In this document: in pieces, positions 52,601-61,861 of the stretch | How positions within the stretch are numbered: position 1 is the stretch's first letter | How the letters are laid out: the number at the start of each line of letters is the position of its first letter | From: Candidatus Delongbacteria bacterium | Lineage (GTDB): Bacteria; CAIWAD01 | Reading direction: 5' to 3' | Length of the DNA: 64,000 nt | Assembly: GCA_963663545.1 (NCBI GenBank) | Contig: OY760505.1 | Location: 256,001-320,000 of the forward strand | The notes under the pieces: model-generated | Seen by the model: only the letters and a program-made list of their open reading frames with translations | The model's database searches: none | Told to the model about the DNA's origin: nothing | Translations under genes and position numbers: made by a program

Positions 52601-52703
52601 ACCTTCTTTGCCTTGGAGCGCCAAGGAAACCGCTACTTGTCGATAGTTCCGGAATTGTAGCGTAATTTCGCTTATAGCCAAGAAAAACAGTGTGGCTGCC
52701 TGC

Positions 52704-54977
52704 TCAGTCGAAAGATGCATGAACTCTGAAAAACTGCCGGGGCCACGTGTGGGAATCTAAACTGAAAGTTGTATCGGCTGTAACTTCAGCTAGCAAGCCC
52801 CATTCCTCAAAAGGAGCATATGAATCAACGGAGCTATAGATTTTATAGCCTGCGGCATACTGAACTGGATGCCAAGAGATTCTTAGACCAGTTGAGTCCT
52901 GCGAGGTGAAACTAAGTGTCGGGGCGTCTGAAAGCGAGTGTGGAAAAATCTCATCATGTAACTCGTTCAACCATGGCGTGAAATTACAGCTTCCGGAAAA
53001 GAGGTGAATCCCATCTGCAATGGAGGATGAATCCGTTGTGCCCCAATACATGAAGCCGAGATCCAGCTCAGCGGCATTGTTGTGGTAAACATTAAAGAGC
53101 CCGTTTGAATGAATATCGTTCCATTCAGAAACCGCTCCACCACCGTTCAACCCGCTGCTCTCGTTGTACAAATAGACACCATGAGTGCCATTATCAACTA
53201 TGTAACAGTTTATCAATGTCGGAGTGGAGTTTGGCCCCACATAGATCCCCGCTGTCTCGCTGTATCTGACTAAGCAGTTTGCGAAAGTGACTTCGTGGGA
53301 AGTTGACAGTCGGACACAACCAGTCGAAGAACCCGCATATTCAATTACACAGTCGGAACATCTGCAAGTTGACATCCCAAATGAATTATTAAACTGGATA
53401 CCCTTCCAATCACCGGGAGCAGGCGTTTCGCTATTTGAAGTGAAAACTATTGGTTCAAACTCGCTACCAATTGCCAGTAATGATCCCTGAGCATTTAAAA
53501 GATAATCGCCATTGAACCTAAGTGTGCACCCGGGCGCAATCTCCAGACTATCACCCGCCTGAACAAGTAAATCATCATCAATGATGTATGGAACATTGTA
53601 GTTATTCCAATATCCGCGACAACCATCTCCTTCGACTACTAGAATACCCTGAAAGGCATTATCATGCAAATTGAGCGGACCTGTGATGTTTGAAACACTT
53701 ACAGCCTCTAAAATTATCGGATAATCATCACAGTCCATGATTTCGCAATTATTCATTTCGACTTCGCAATCTATACCCAAACATATACCTGGACCAGAGC
53801 ATTCGCCTATTACACAATCATCGAAACATGCACGCGAGCTACTTATTGAAAACCCTCCGTACAAAGAAAACTGAATGTTGGAATTGCTAATGTTAACATT
53901 GCCCTGGGAAACTCTGACTGATCCGTTGGAGCTTGAACCGGCGTAGAAAATATCACAGAAGTTTAACCTTGAATCCCGTGAACCTGGATTGAAGGTAAAA
54001 CCGGCCCAATCACCTGCCGCTGGTGATTCATTATCAGAAGTGAAAGTAATCCTGGCTTCAGGTGTGCCTTCCGCAATTAGGGTTCCCGCAACGTTGACTG
54101 AAGCCGGATTAGTTGATACACCAGAAAGCCGTATGATATTGCCTGGATCAATTATTAATGTATCACCTCCTGCAATGCTAACAGATGCGTTTTGTATAAC
54201 ATACGGAACGCCAAAACTTGCCCAGCGCCCCTCAGTTAAACCATTTGCAGTAACAAGGATTGCATCTGTTGCATTTCCATAGATTTCCATGTCTCCGGTA
54301 ATTTCATTCACTCCAGATGCTGATGTCTCAATAGGGTACCCGCCGTTGTTGATAATGGTGCAGTCATTTATGTATGGTTCGGAATAGTAAACGCTTGTAC
54401 CTCTACAGATAACGCCGCCTGCTGCATTATTCCGTATCACGCAGTTCGTAATGGATGCATTATGGACTGTACTAGGCGTGCCGGTGTGAGCCGCGATTTG
54501 TATTCCATATGATGATGAATGCTGAATCGTGCTGTTGGCAATGAGTTTGTTGTCATCGTCGCCGATAACATAGATACCGCTACTCCCAGCATAAGAAATG
54601 TCGCAATAGTCGAATATCACACTATCTGAAGTTGTAGAGTAGAAGCCATTCCAATCTCCAGGATTTGGATTGGGAGAACTGGAGGTGAAGATAATCCGCT
54701 GAGTTAGAGTTCCGATTGCCTGAAGTGACCCGTGTATATAGACTGTTATCCTAAATTGTGCCTCAGCATCAAACTGAACATAGCATCCTGGTAAAATGAT
54801 CAGCGTTGCTCCCGTTCCGATCGTTAATCCTGCCCAGACAACATGTGGATTATCAGCTGGCGACCACACCTCATCCTCAAACAAATGACCGGAATGATAG
54901 GTTTGGGCCGATAGTGTAAGAGGCAAGAAAAGCAGACTCAGTATAACAACTAATTGCTGGACACAAATGCGATTCAT
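52704..54977 (-). CDS. Secreted right-handed parallel beta-helix repeat protein (cassette)
   Basis: Signal peptide; three internal repeats (I.FTS…P.PGDW.G..F, C.I.YAG); AT-richer than the host genes. Confidence 0.8.
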   Translation of the reverse strand: MNRICVQQLVVILSLLFLPLTLSAQTYHSGHLFEDEVWSPADNPHVVWAGLTIGTGATLIILPGCYVQFDAEAQFRITVYIHGSLQAIGTLTQRIIFTSSSPNPNPGDWNGFYSTTSDSVIFDYCDISYAGSSGIYVIGDDDNKLIANSTIQHSSSYGIQIAAHTGTPSTVHNASITNCVIRNNAAGGVICRGTSVYYSEPYINDCTIINNGGYPIETSASGVNEITGDMEIYGNATDAILVTANGLTEGRWASFGVPYVIQNASVSIAGGDTLIIDPGNIIRLSGVSTNPASVNVAGTLIAEGTPEARITFTSDNESPAAGDWAGFTFNPGSRDSRLNFCDIFYAGSSSNGSVRVSQGNVNISNSNIQFSLYGGFSISSSRACFDDCVIGECSGPGICLGIDCEVEMNNCEIMDCDDYPIILEAVSVSNITGPLNLHDNAFQGILVVEGDGCRGYWNNYNVPYIIDDDLLVQAGDSLEIAPGCTLRFNGDYLLNAQGSLLAIGSEFEPIVFTSNSETPAPGDWKGIQFNNSFGMSTCRCSDCVIEYAGSSTGCVRLSTSHEVTFANCLVRYSETAGIYVGPNSTPTLINCYIVDNGTHGVYLYNESSGLNGGGAVSEWNDIHSNGLFNVYHNNAAELDLGFMYWGTTDSSSIADGIHLFSGSCNFTPWLNELHDEIFPHSLSDAPTLSFTSQDSTGLRISWHPVQYAAGYKIYSSVDSYAPFEEWGLLAEVTADTTFSLDSHTWPRQFFRVHASFD

Positions 54978-55172
54978 TTGGACACTCCCTGAGATAGACG
55001 AAAATTGAGAACACTGCAATTCCCAGACCTACGCCATCTCCATATGAATAACAATTGTTTACTGCCGTAATCTGTTTAATTGGAAGACCCAAAATGTACA
55101 TTTTCGTTCACCGTATATAGGTATGTAAATGATATTTCACTGGTATTCTTTGATTGCGGATTCTGCTTCTCT

Positions 55173-55247
55173 GCCTAACGGCGAGCATGAACCGCGTCGT
55201 GAAGGCCGTCGGCGGCCTTCACGTCGCGTTCCATGCTCTTGTTAGCT
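55173..55247 (-). mobile_element. Integron attC site
   Basis: GCCTAAC…GTTAGCT with internal palindrome gagcatg…gtgaaggccg/cggccttcac…catgctc; the TAA of the upstream gene lies inside R''. Confidence 0.9.
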
Positions 55248-57290
55248 GTCCGTCTTCTTCTCCGCAATTGCACATAGCCAAGGAATGCTCTTACTTCCTC
55301 TCTCCTCAATCTCTCGCGCTATCTTCCTGACGAGGAACCCGTTCCTCTCAAGCACTCCAGTGAGAGAGCCGAAAGTATGAAATTGAAAAAAGCGTCCGCC
55401 GAGCCCCTCTTCAGTATCAAGAAAAGACAGACCATCTCCCTCTTTCGTCATCACAAAAAGGAGTCCGTGCGGTCGAAGAACGCGGTTGGATTCCGCCAAA
55501 GCTGCATCAGCCATAACTCCTTTTGCGATCACAGGCAAATGAAGAAGGGAAGCATTCTGCCTAACGACATCGAATGACTCCCCCTCGAAGTGGGAAAGAT
55601 CACGCATGTCGCATTCGACCACGCTTCCGTCAGTAAGAATACCAACTTGGATTTTATCCTCAATCATCCTGACAAAGGCAGGGCACTTCTCGATTCCCAC
55701 TGCGTCGATCTTTAACACGTTTTGAGCGTAATCGAGATCGCGACCGTTACCCGTCGCCACGTCAAGGATCCGGGGGCGTTCGAGCCCAAGGGCAGAGGCA
55801 CAGTGCGACAACATTTCACGCCACAGCCTCTTGTCCAAATCGTGAGGCTCCGTCCAGCGTATCTCCGCGTAACGATTAGCTCCGCAATCGTATGTTGATA
55901 CTGTCAGGTCAATCAATCGCTCTGCAAGAGCTACTGCGGCGCTCTGCGCGGCATGCCTGTCAGCGGGGTGACATTCGGTTATGCCTTGCAGAAGGTTCGC
56001 GAGTTCCGCTGTCATGTCATAACCAGATGTCATGTTTCGTCTCCTTATTGTATCCATGATCGTAGATGTCGTGTGTTCTCTTCCGTCGACTTCCGGTGTC
56101 TCCCGGAAAAGCCCCCAATATGCGCACTCCCTGGGACCCAATTTGAACAGGACGGGTGGTGACTCTCGGGCACTCAGCCCCGAGATCCGCTCACTCATTG
56201 TGCGGGCCACAACAAAAGCGTTGTATAGCGGAATATCCAGGATTCCGTGTACTAGCTCAAACGCACGGCATCCCTTAATCAAGGCGAGGTCAGCGAGGCG
56301 CACGAGGCCGCGCACCTCTGGCGATAGCTTGGTCCAGTTCAGGGCGGCCAGCGAAGGACCACTGGCAGTCCAAAAGAAGCGACCAGTGGCCGACAAGCCC
56401 CGCAGTTCACGGTATGGCGGAAGATGGAGAATCTGCAGTAGCTGCTGCAAACTGAGGTCATTACCATATTCTGCCCTTTTCGGCACCACGCACACGCTGG
56501 TGTGCCTCGCGTGACGGAGAAGCTCTTGGACAACCAGCAAGTCGAAGAACGACTCTATCACATCATCGGTGAACCACAGCACCAGTGCGGAGTGACCGAA
56601 GTCCTCAACAAACGCCTCAAACTCGAAGAGTGGTGTTGGGTGCAGGGCGCGTGATATGAGCTGTTCCAGGTAGCGCTCCGCGTCCTCGTCCGTGAGAGGT
56701 CTACCAACGTAGTCGGCGAGTGGTATGCCCACATCGCGAACAGTGGAGGCCGCGCTCGAGGCTCCCTTTAGATCGAGGCCAGAACACCCTGCTGCAATAG
56801 CCAATCGAACGAACTCCGAAAGGTCATGTTGGCCCGCCTCGCGCAATCGAAGAACGACGCGCGGAAGCAAGTCAAAGGCAAGGCGGTTGAACTCCGCATG
56901 GGAAGGCTTGGTCTCGTAGCCGTCGCGTAGAGCTGTGGCCCGCACAACCCGGCAGACTACATCCGGAATCTCTTGATTCCAGAGGGAGCGCGCGAGGATC
57001 CTTCCCCGGTGGGACAGGGCCAGAAACCGCTTCAGTTCGGCTATGCACGCGTCGGATAGGCGATGTGTCTCTTTCGAGCCGATCCCAGGGATGCACCGGT
57101 TGATGTACTCAAGTACTTGATCGCGGATCCAGTCGTCGGCGGATGGCTCACTGTCACCAAGCTCGACGAGATGTGTGCGCCGGTCATGGAGAGTAAAGGA
57201 CATGGGCAAGACTTCCGCGCTATAGCTTCCAACCTCACTAACGTCGAAGAAAGGGAAGTCATCACCCAGGAGATCCGCGAGTTCATCCAT
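55242..57290 (-). CDS. ARMT1/DUF89-like domain fused to a class I SAM-dependent methyltransferase
   Basis: DUF89-like FTDDVIESFFD, YGND, IKGCRAFE; C-terminal ILDVATGNG, CDMRDL, SFDVV..NASLLHL, RVLRPHG. ATG overlaps the upstream stop (ATGGATGA). Confidence 0.7.
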   Translation of the reverse strand: MDELADLLGDDFPFFDVSEVGSYSAEVLPMSFTLHDRRTHLVELGDSEPSADDWIRDQVLEYINRCIPGIGSKETHRLSDACIAELKRFLALSHRGRILARSLWNQEIPDVVCRVVRATALRDGYETKPSHAEFNRLAFDLLPRVVLRLREAGQHDLSEFVRLAIAAGCSGLDLKGASSAASTVRDVGIPLADYVGRPLTDEDAERYLEQLISRALHPTPLFEFEAFVEDFGHSALVLWFTDDVIESFFDLLVVQELLRHARHTSVCVVPKRAEYGNDLSLQQLLQILHLPPYRELRGLSATGRFFWTASGPSLAALNWTKLSPEVRGLVRLADLALIKGCRAFELVHGILDIPLYNAFVVARTMSERISGLSARESPPVLFKLGPRECAYWGLFRETPEVDGREHTTSTIMDTIRRRNMTSGYDMTAELANLLQGITECHPADRHAAQSAAVALAERLIDLTVSTYDCGANRYAEIRWTEPHDLDKRLWREMLSHCASALGLERPRILDVATGNGRDLDYAQNVLKIDAVGIEKCPAFVRMIEDKIQVGILTDGSVVECDMRDLSHFEGESFDVVRQNASLLHLPVIAKGVMADAALAESNRVLRPHGLLFVMTKEGDGLSFLDTEEGLGGRFFQFHTFGSLTGVLERNGFLVRKIAREIEERGSKSIPWLCAIAEKKTDS

Positions 57291-58131
57291 TGTCTTGATC
57301 CCCATCGTCCTTCATCTGATCACCATTGCCTTGATCCCACAGGTGGTCGAAATACGTGTTCAGCTTCGCGTATCCATGAGATCCCTTTCGAAAGACGATC
57401 ATCGGCAACCTCACTGGTGCGTCGCAGGAGAGGATGTTCGGCGAGAAGTAGCACCTATCGCTGAAAATGATGCATGTGCAGTACGGAGCTTGCATGTAGA
57501 AGCGATGGCTTATGGGGTGTTTGGAGAATGTCCGGTTCAAGTTGCCGATAGAGGCGACGGTGCTCTGTATGTCGATTGCGATTAGGGGCTCCTTCTCAAA
57601 CTCAGGGGTCTCAATTCTGGCCCGGTTGGTGGTCTCTGGCGCTTCTGGATGGGACAAGAGTGCCTTGACTGACACTGCTCCCGTCTCCTCGCTGAGTGAA
57701 CATATCTTGTAGATTGATCTGTAAAATGGGCCTGTTTGATTGAAGAAAACCCGAAGGGAAACTCCCACAAGCTTCACCTCGCCAGTAGTTGCATTGTCGA
57801 ATGCCGATTTAAGCGATATGAACGCGTTGTCAGGATACTCGTTCTGTTCGCGATCCTTGTAGACCCGGATGATGCCACCCTCCGCCAAATCCCGGAAAGC
57901 GGTCCAAATCGTGTCGGCGTCCTCCCGCTGCTTCACATGGTCGTAGAAGAAGCCCACCAAGAGGGGAAAGAGGATGCATGATCCCACCTGCGCGACAAGA
58001 AGAAGGACAATGGCCTTGAGAAGGCTTACGCTTGTCAACTGAGTGTTGAAGAGGGGGATCAGTAGGGAGATCGAGACGAGAAGGGATGAAACGGTTACCC
58101 AGAAGATGAACCAGTATCGCGTTTGCTTCAT
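57283..58131 (-). CDS. 2-TM membrane protein with a DUF5919/PLD-fold-like cytoplasmic domain
   Basis: Two N-terminal TMs; VKLVGVSL, VKALLSHP…RARIE, FY..AP…IIFSD..YFSP, YFDHLW pattern; start ATG just after attC. Confidence 0.6.
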   Translation of the reverse strand: MKQTRYWFIFWVTVSSLLVSISLLIPLFNTQLTSVSLLKAIVLLLVAQVGSCILFPLLVGFFYDHVKQREDADTIWTAFRDLAEGGIIRVYKDREQNEYPDNAFISLKSAFDNATTGEVKLVGVSLRVFFNQTGPFYRSIYKICSLSEETGAVSVKALLSHPEAPETTNRARIETPEFEKEPLIAIDIQSTVASIGNLNRTFSKHPISHRFYMQAPYCTCIIFSDRCYFSPNILSCDAPVRLPMIVFRKGSHGYAKLNTYFDHLWDQGNGDQMKDDGDQDNG

Positions 58132-58146
58132 TGTATGTTTCCCCAC

Positions 58147-58274
58147 AGCTAACGTGGTGTCCAGTGGGTGGGCGTCGAATCGCGACAGCCGACCAGAGAA
58201 CGAAATTTGTTGAGTGAAGACAGTGGTTAACAAAGGCGCGCTGTCGCCTGATCCACTGCAACACATGGTTAGCC
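58147..58274 (-). mobile_element. Integron attC site
   Basis: AGCTAAC…GTTAGCC; arms gtggtgtccagtgg/ccactgcaacacat, gcgacagc/gctgtcgc. Confidence 0.85.
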
Positions 58275-58275
58275 A

Positions 58276-58929
58276 TCATGCAGAAGGCAAAGTAAGTTTG
58301 TTAAGCTTTTCTACAAACGAGGAGGCTGAAGACCAGAAGAAGTCAGCGACTTCGTCAGCGAAATAATGCCAATTACTTCCCTCCTCTATGTGTCTTGATT
58401 CTAGAAGACCTTTCTTCAACAGGAAGTCCTCGACCTTTTTGTAGCCGCCGGAAAACTCTTCTTCCCAGAAGCCCCCAACGGCTGGTGGAAAGCACAGTTT
58501 ATAGCCAACCGCCCGACCGTGAGCAATGACATTCCTGAAATAGAACAACGTCTTTACGTTTTCCCAAAGCGCTGGATCACCGATGGTTTCGCTGGCTTTT
58601 TTTCCAACAACTAGCGAAAAGACTTCATCGTAGTTTTCGCTTCCGGTTGTTTTGGCAACGCGAAGACGAAGATCGTCTATAAGGCGCTTGTATAGAGGTA
58701 GAGAGTGTTCGCCACCTGTATTGATGTTCTTAATCAGGATGCGTTCGAAGTTGCCTTCGATAAAGTATGCAGAAGCAAGAATGATGGAATAGTTTATTCC
58801 CGATCGGATCGCCTCCGAGAGGTCTGGAGATGTTCTTTGCGTCGTTTGCCATTCAATCCACGGTGGGATGCACTCGAAGACATGAAAAGATTCGTGCGCT
58901 ACCGACCAGTTGCTAGGAGTAGATGCCAT
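58276..58929 (-). CDS. Hypothetical cassette protein with a HEPN-like RxxxxH motif
   Basis: Helical protein, IILASAYFIEG…FRNVIAHG; bounded by attC sites. Confidence 0.6.
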   Translation of the reverse strand: MASTPSNWSVAHESFHVFECIPPWIEWQTTQRTSPDLSEAIRSGINYSIILASAYFIEGNFERILIKNINTGGEHSLPLYKRLIDDLRLRVAKTTGSENYDEVFSLVVGKKASETIGDPALWENVKTLFYFRNVIAHGRAVGYKLCFPPAVGGFWEEEFSGGYKKVEDFLLKKGLLESRHIEEGSNWHYFADEVADFFWSSASSFVEKLNKLTLPSA

Positions 58930-58942
58930 GATTCCCTCTAAG

Positions 58943-59005
58943 GGCTAACGCTGCTTTTCAGCGGGCGCAGGCTTTTTGCGATCCTCTGCAAAAGCCTTGT
59001 TAGAT
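58943..59005 (-). mobile_element. Integron attC site
   Basis: GGCTAAC…GTTAGAT; arms gcttttcag/ctgcaaaagc with an extrahelical base. Confidence 0.88.
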
Positions 59006-59008
59006 TTA

Positions 59009-60394
59009 TCATCTCCTAATTTCCCGTATTATCCCTGGTATGTCTGAATGTTCGTTAACCCAAATCACAGAAACACCGAGTTTATTGAATGTTGACTCCT
59101 CTAACCCTCTAAACACGTTAGATATCTTATTTATGTCTCCAATATTTTTCAGACTTTTATTAGGTTTCCAGTGGTCTTTTAGGATTGCGTAATGGCGTAC
59201 CCCAGGTCTCTTTCTATGAGATATCTCCAATAATCTGCGTAAATTTGGATCGGTCATGCTTAAGCCCACAAAAAGACAAACATTATTTCTGAGTAAATTC
59301 AATTGTGTAATGTTTGTCCAGGCGTAAGGATCATTAAACTGAGAATGGTATGCCTCTTCACTTAATACCAATGATTCTCGGTATTTAGTGTTCAATTTCC
59401 CCTTAAAGGGAAGAAAACCATGGGGATGGAATACAGGTAGCTCGTTTTTAGATGGAATATCACCTTCAGAAACAATTACATAATAATCAACAGACCTCTT
59501 CTGCAGTTCAATTTCTAAAATTTCATCGTAGTTGTATGTTACTAACCCGACCAAGCCTTGGCGCTTTCTTCCTGGCACACACAAAGCGCCAATCTCTTCG
59601 ACTAATTCAGAGCTTTTTGTGGAATCAAAATTTAAATAAAGACTTCTTCTAACATACTCTGGAAAATTATTGCCCAAGCTGTCTCTCAAAATTCTAGCAG
59701 TTATCAAAGGGGATGCAGGAATTTCAGATTTGAAATAATTCACTAAAGAGCCTTTGCTACTCTTTAAACTTTTGAACGCAGGGTTTTTTCCAACAAGTGA
59801 TATAGATAAACTATTTAGCAGACTTTCCCATGATGGGAGCCCCGATGCCAATGATATTCCGGCACCAAGAAATAAAACTAATTGGTCCTCAAGATATGCA
59901 GACTTAAGTGAAGCTAAGTTCTGTTTTGTAATTGCATTTACATCTCGGTCCTCAAATATCTCTACTGCTTGGTTTAAATATTTTCTATCGTAAGTGAATG
60001 CGGCTTCAGGATTTTGCGAGGATAATCGCTCTACCTCTTCTTTTCCGTAGATTTCTATGACATTATTAGGAAACCGATCATGCAAATTGGCTTTTAATTT
60101 ATTCAGGCGAGAGGAACTCTGATTTGTAACTAAAAGGATGCTTGCAAAATTATAGTTGGTTCTAAATGACCTGTCTATTACTTTTCTCAAGCTTTCCCAT
60201 GATGCTAAATACTTAATCTCAATTACACATGGCCCCGGCAAATTTAAAATTCCGTCTGGTGCGATTGCATTGAACCCATAGTCCGAACCTGTTTCAGGGC
60301 CGGCGAGAAGTATCTTATTTTCTTTTCGGGATACTGCCCTAAGTATATTAAGAACATAACTTTCAAATTGGAAAGCGTGCAAAATATCTTGCAT
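59009..60394 (-). CDS. Restriction-endonuclease-like domain fused to a SIR2-like domain (cassette)
   Basis: N-terminal FE…GFNAIAPDG…VIEIK; SIR2: LFLGAGISLASGLPSW, VTYNYD, HPHG, LFVGLSMTDPNL. Start reassigned to the ATG after GAGGTG, downstream of attC. Confidence 0.82.
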   Translation of the reverse strand: MQDILHAFQFESYVLNILRAVSRKENKILLAGPETGSDYGFNAIAPDGILNLPGPCVIEIKYLASWESLRKVIDRSFRTNYNFASILLVTNQSSSRLNKLKANLHDRFPNNVIEIYGKEEVERLSSQNPEAAFTYDRKYLNQAVEIFEDRDVNAITKQNLASLKSAYLEDQLVLFLGAGISLASGLPSWESLLNSLSISLVGKNPAFKSLKSSKGSLVNYFKSEIPASPLITARILRDSLGNNFPEYVRRSLYLNFDSTKSSELVEEIGALCVPGRKRQGLVGLVTYNYDEILEIELQKRSVDYYVIVSEGDIPSKNELPVFHPHGFLPFKGKLNTKYRESLVLSEEAYHSQFNDPYAWTNITQLNLLRNNVCLFVGLSMTDPNLRRLLEISHRKRPGVRHYAILKDHWKPNKSLKNIGDINKISNVFRGLEESTFNKLGVSVIWVNEHSDIPGIIREIRR

Positions 60395-60420
60395 TCCTAT
60401 CACCTCTATCATTTCACGAA

Positions 60421-60506
60421 ATCTAACGTTTGGGCTCAGGGGCGTCAAAAAGCGGAGCGAGGAACGAGCGCAGCTTTTTGACGTCCCTTTGAGCCCATTG
60501 TTATGC
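60421..60506 (-). mobile_element. Integron attC site
   Basis: ATCTAAC…GTTATGC; tgggctca/tgagccca, gcgtcaaaaagc/gctttttgacgt; TAA of the upstream gene inside R''. Confidence 0.92.
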
Positions 60507-61454
60507 AAATTCTATTTCTTGGTGTCGTTTTAGCCAGCTTATAATCTCTGTTTGATCTCGAAGGTCTAGGCGCCATTGATGGTGCTCCTTTGCTTGTTGC
60601 TGAGCTGCCGAAGTGAAGCGACTGGTAGTTGCAATCATTCCCATAGTTGCCCTGAACTCTTCATTTACCCAATACATTACATTTCTTACTATCGATATAT
60701 CCACGGGATTACTTTGTGAGTGTCTTTTGCACTCCACGATTAATTTCACCGGTACACCCTCAATAAACTTGGACGATACAGCAATTATATCAGGACCTGG
60801 TGCATTGTTTCGTTTTACTAAATCAACAGCCCATCCATCTGCTTTAAGCAATTCGGCCACCATATTCTCAAAATCGCGTGGTGATACTATTTCCAACTCT
60901 TCAGGGTGCTCAATTAAATATTTAATATCCTTTTTTGTAATTTTAGACAGGAGTATTACAGAAGTTTCATCTCCTTCAAAAGCAGGCTCTTTTATATGCT
61001 TTAGTGCGAGGATTACTTGCTTTTTGAACTCAGCCTTGCTGTCGTAGCTGCTAATAACTCTTGACTCGGCAATCTTACCAAGTAGCGCACCGTAACTTGG
61101 ACGGTTATCTATTGCGTGCTTCGTAGATATTAAACCAGAGCGCCGTATAAAAAAGAAAACAGGCTTCCCAAAACTTTCCGCCAATTGAGTTTCAAATATA
61201 ACTCCAGGAACATTAACGTCATGTACCATCGTCCCCATTCTTGTTCCCAGAATGGTTAACACCGCGTCACATTGTTGAATAGAGCGGTTTAGGATTTCTT
61301 GAACAGTGAGTGTGGTAGCTGGAAAATATTCCCACATTACCGGAATGTGGCCAGCCGATAATATCGCATCTCTTGCGATTTCCCGTTCTTCCGCCATTTC
61401 AGACGTAGAACTGATGAAGATTCTCATTCCATTTCGGCTCTGGTTTTCATGCAT
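60501..61454 (-). CDS. DUF4062 domain fused to an Mrr-like restriction endonuclease (first cassette)
   Basis: RIFISSTS…EERE…CDAVLTILGTRMG…E…A…KPV; C-terminal PRDFENMVAELL, GPDIIA, IVECKR, GMIATTSRFT. Alternative start at 61427. Confidence 0.82.
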   Translation of the reverse strand: MHENQSRNGMRIFISSTSEMAEEREIARDAILSAGHIPVMWEYFPATTLTVQEILNRSIQQCDAVLTILGTRMGTMVHDVNVPGVIFETQLAESFGKPVFFFIRRSGLISTKHAIDNRPSYGALLGKIAESRVISSYDSKAEFKKQVILALKHIKEPAFEGDETSVILLSKITKKDIKYLIEHPEELEIVSPRDFENMVAELLKADGWAVDLVKRNNAPGPDIIAVSSKFIEGVPVKLIVECKRHSQSNPVDISIVRNVMYWVNEEFRATMGMIATTSRFTSAAQQQAKEHHQWRLDLRDQTEIISWLKRHQEIEFA

Positions 61455-61515
61455 AACATCTGATTCTACGGACCGTATAAGAACAGCCCTTGTGCCTTAT
61501 GCGGGTCCTGATAAG
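61451..61515 (-). mobile_element. Probable attI site (no attC palindrome upstream)
   Basis: Minus strand …cttatacggtccgtagaatcagatGTTATGC directly before the first cassette; no RYYYAAC partner arm. Confidence 0.55.
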
Positions 61516-61861
61516 TACGACAACCACATTGCTGCTTCTCTGTGCTTCCCATCCAATGTGTCCCTGAGAGTAGATATTCGGAGTAGGCAAAACAAGAGAA
61601 ATCACGGCTTTGTCCAGAATACATATCACCCGAAGTCGGCCCTGCAGCCTTCTCCAGGAATCTGTTTGCCTGCCCTACATAATCTCTTATCCCGACACAG
61701 AACGCGTACTTATCTGGGCAGACTTATCCTGACAGAGCCAGAGCTCCCGCCCTCCCTCCACGCCACCAGCCAATGACCATTTTCAGATTTCTGCATTCGT
61801 ACAGAAAGCAAGCCATTCATGTGCGTGCTGAGGGACATCGGGCCTTCCCTGTCATTGGGAC

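Noticed and set aside
61500-61860. Integron integrase remnant
   Set aside because: I found no tyrosine-recombinase or IntI-like motifs in the frames I read.
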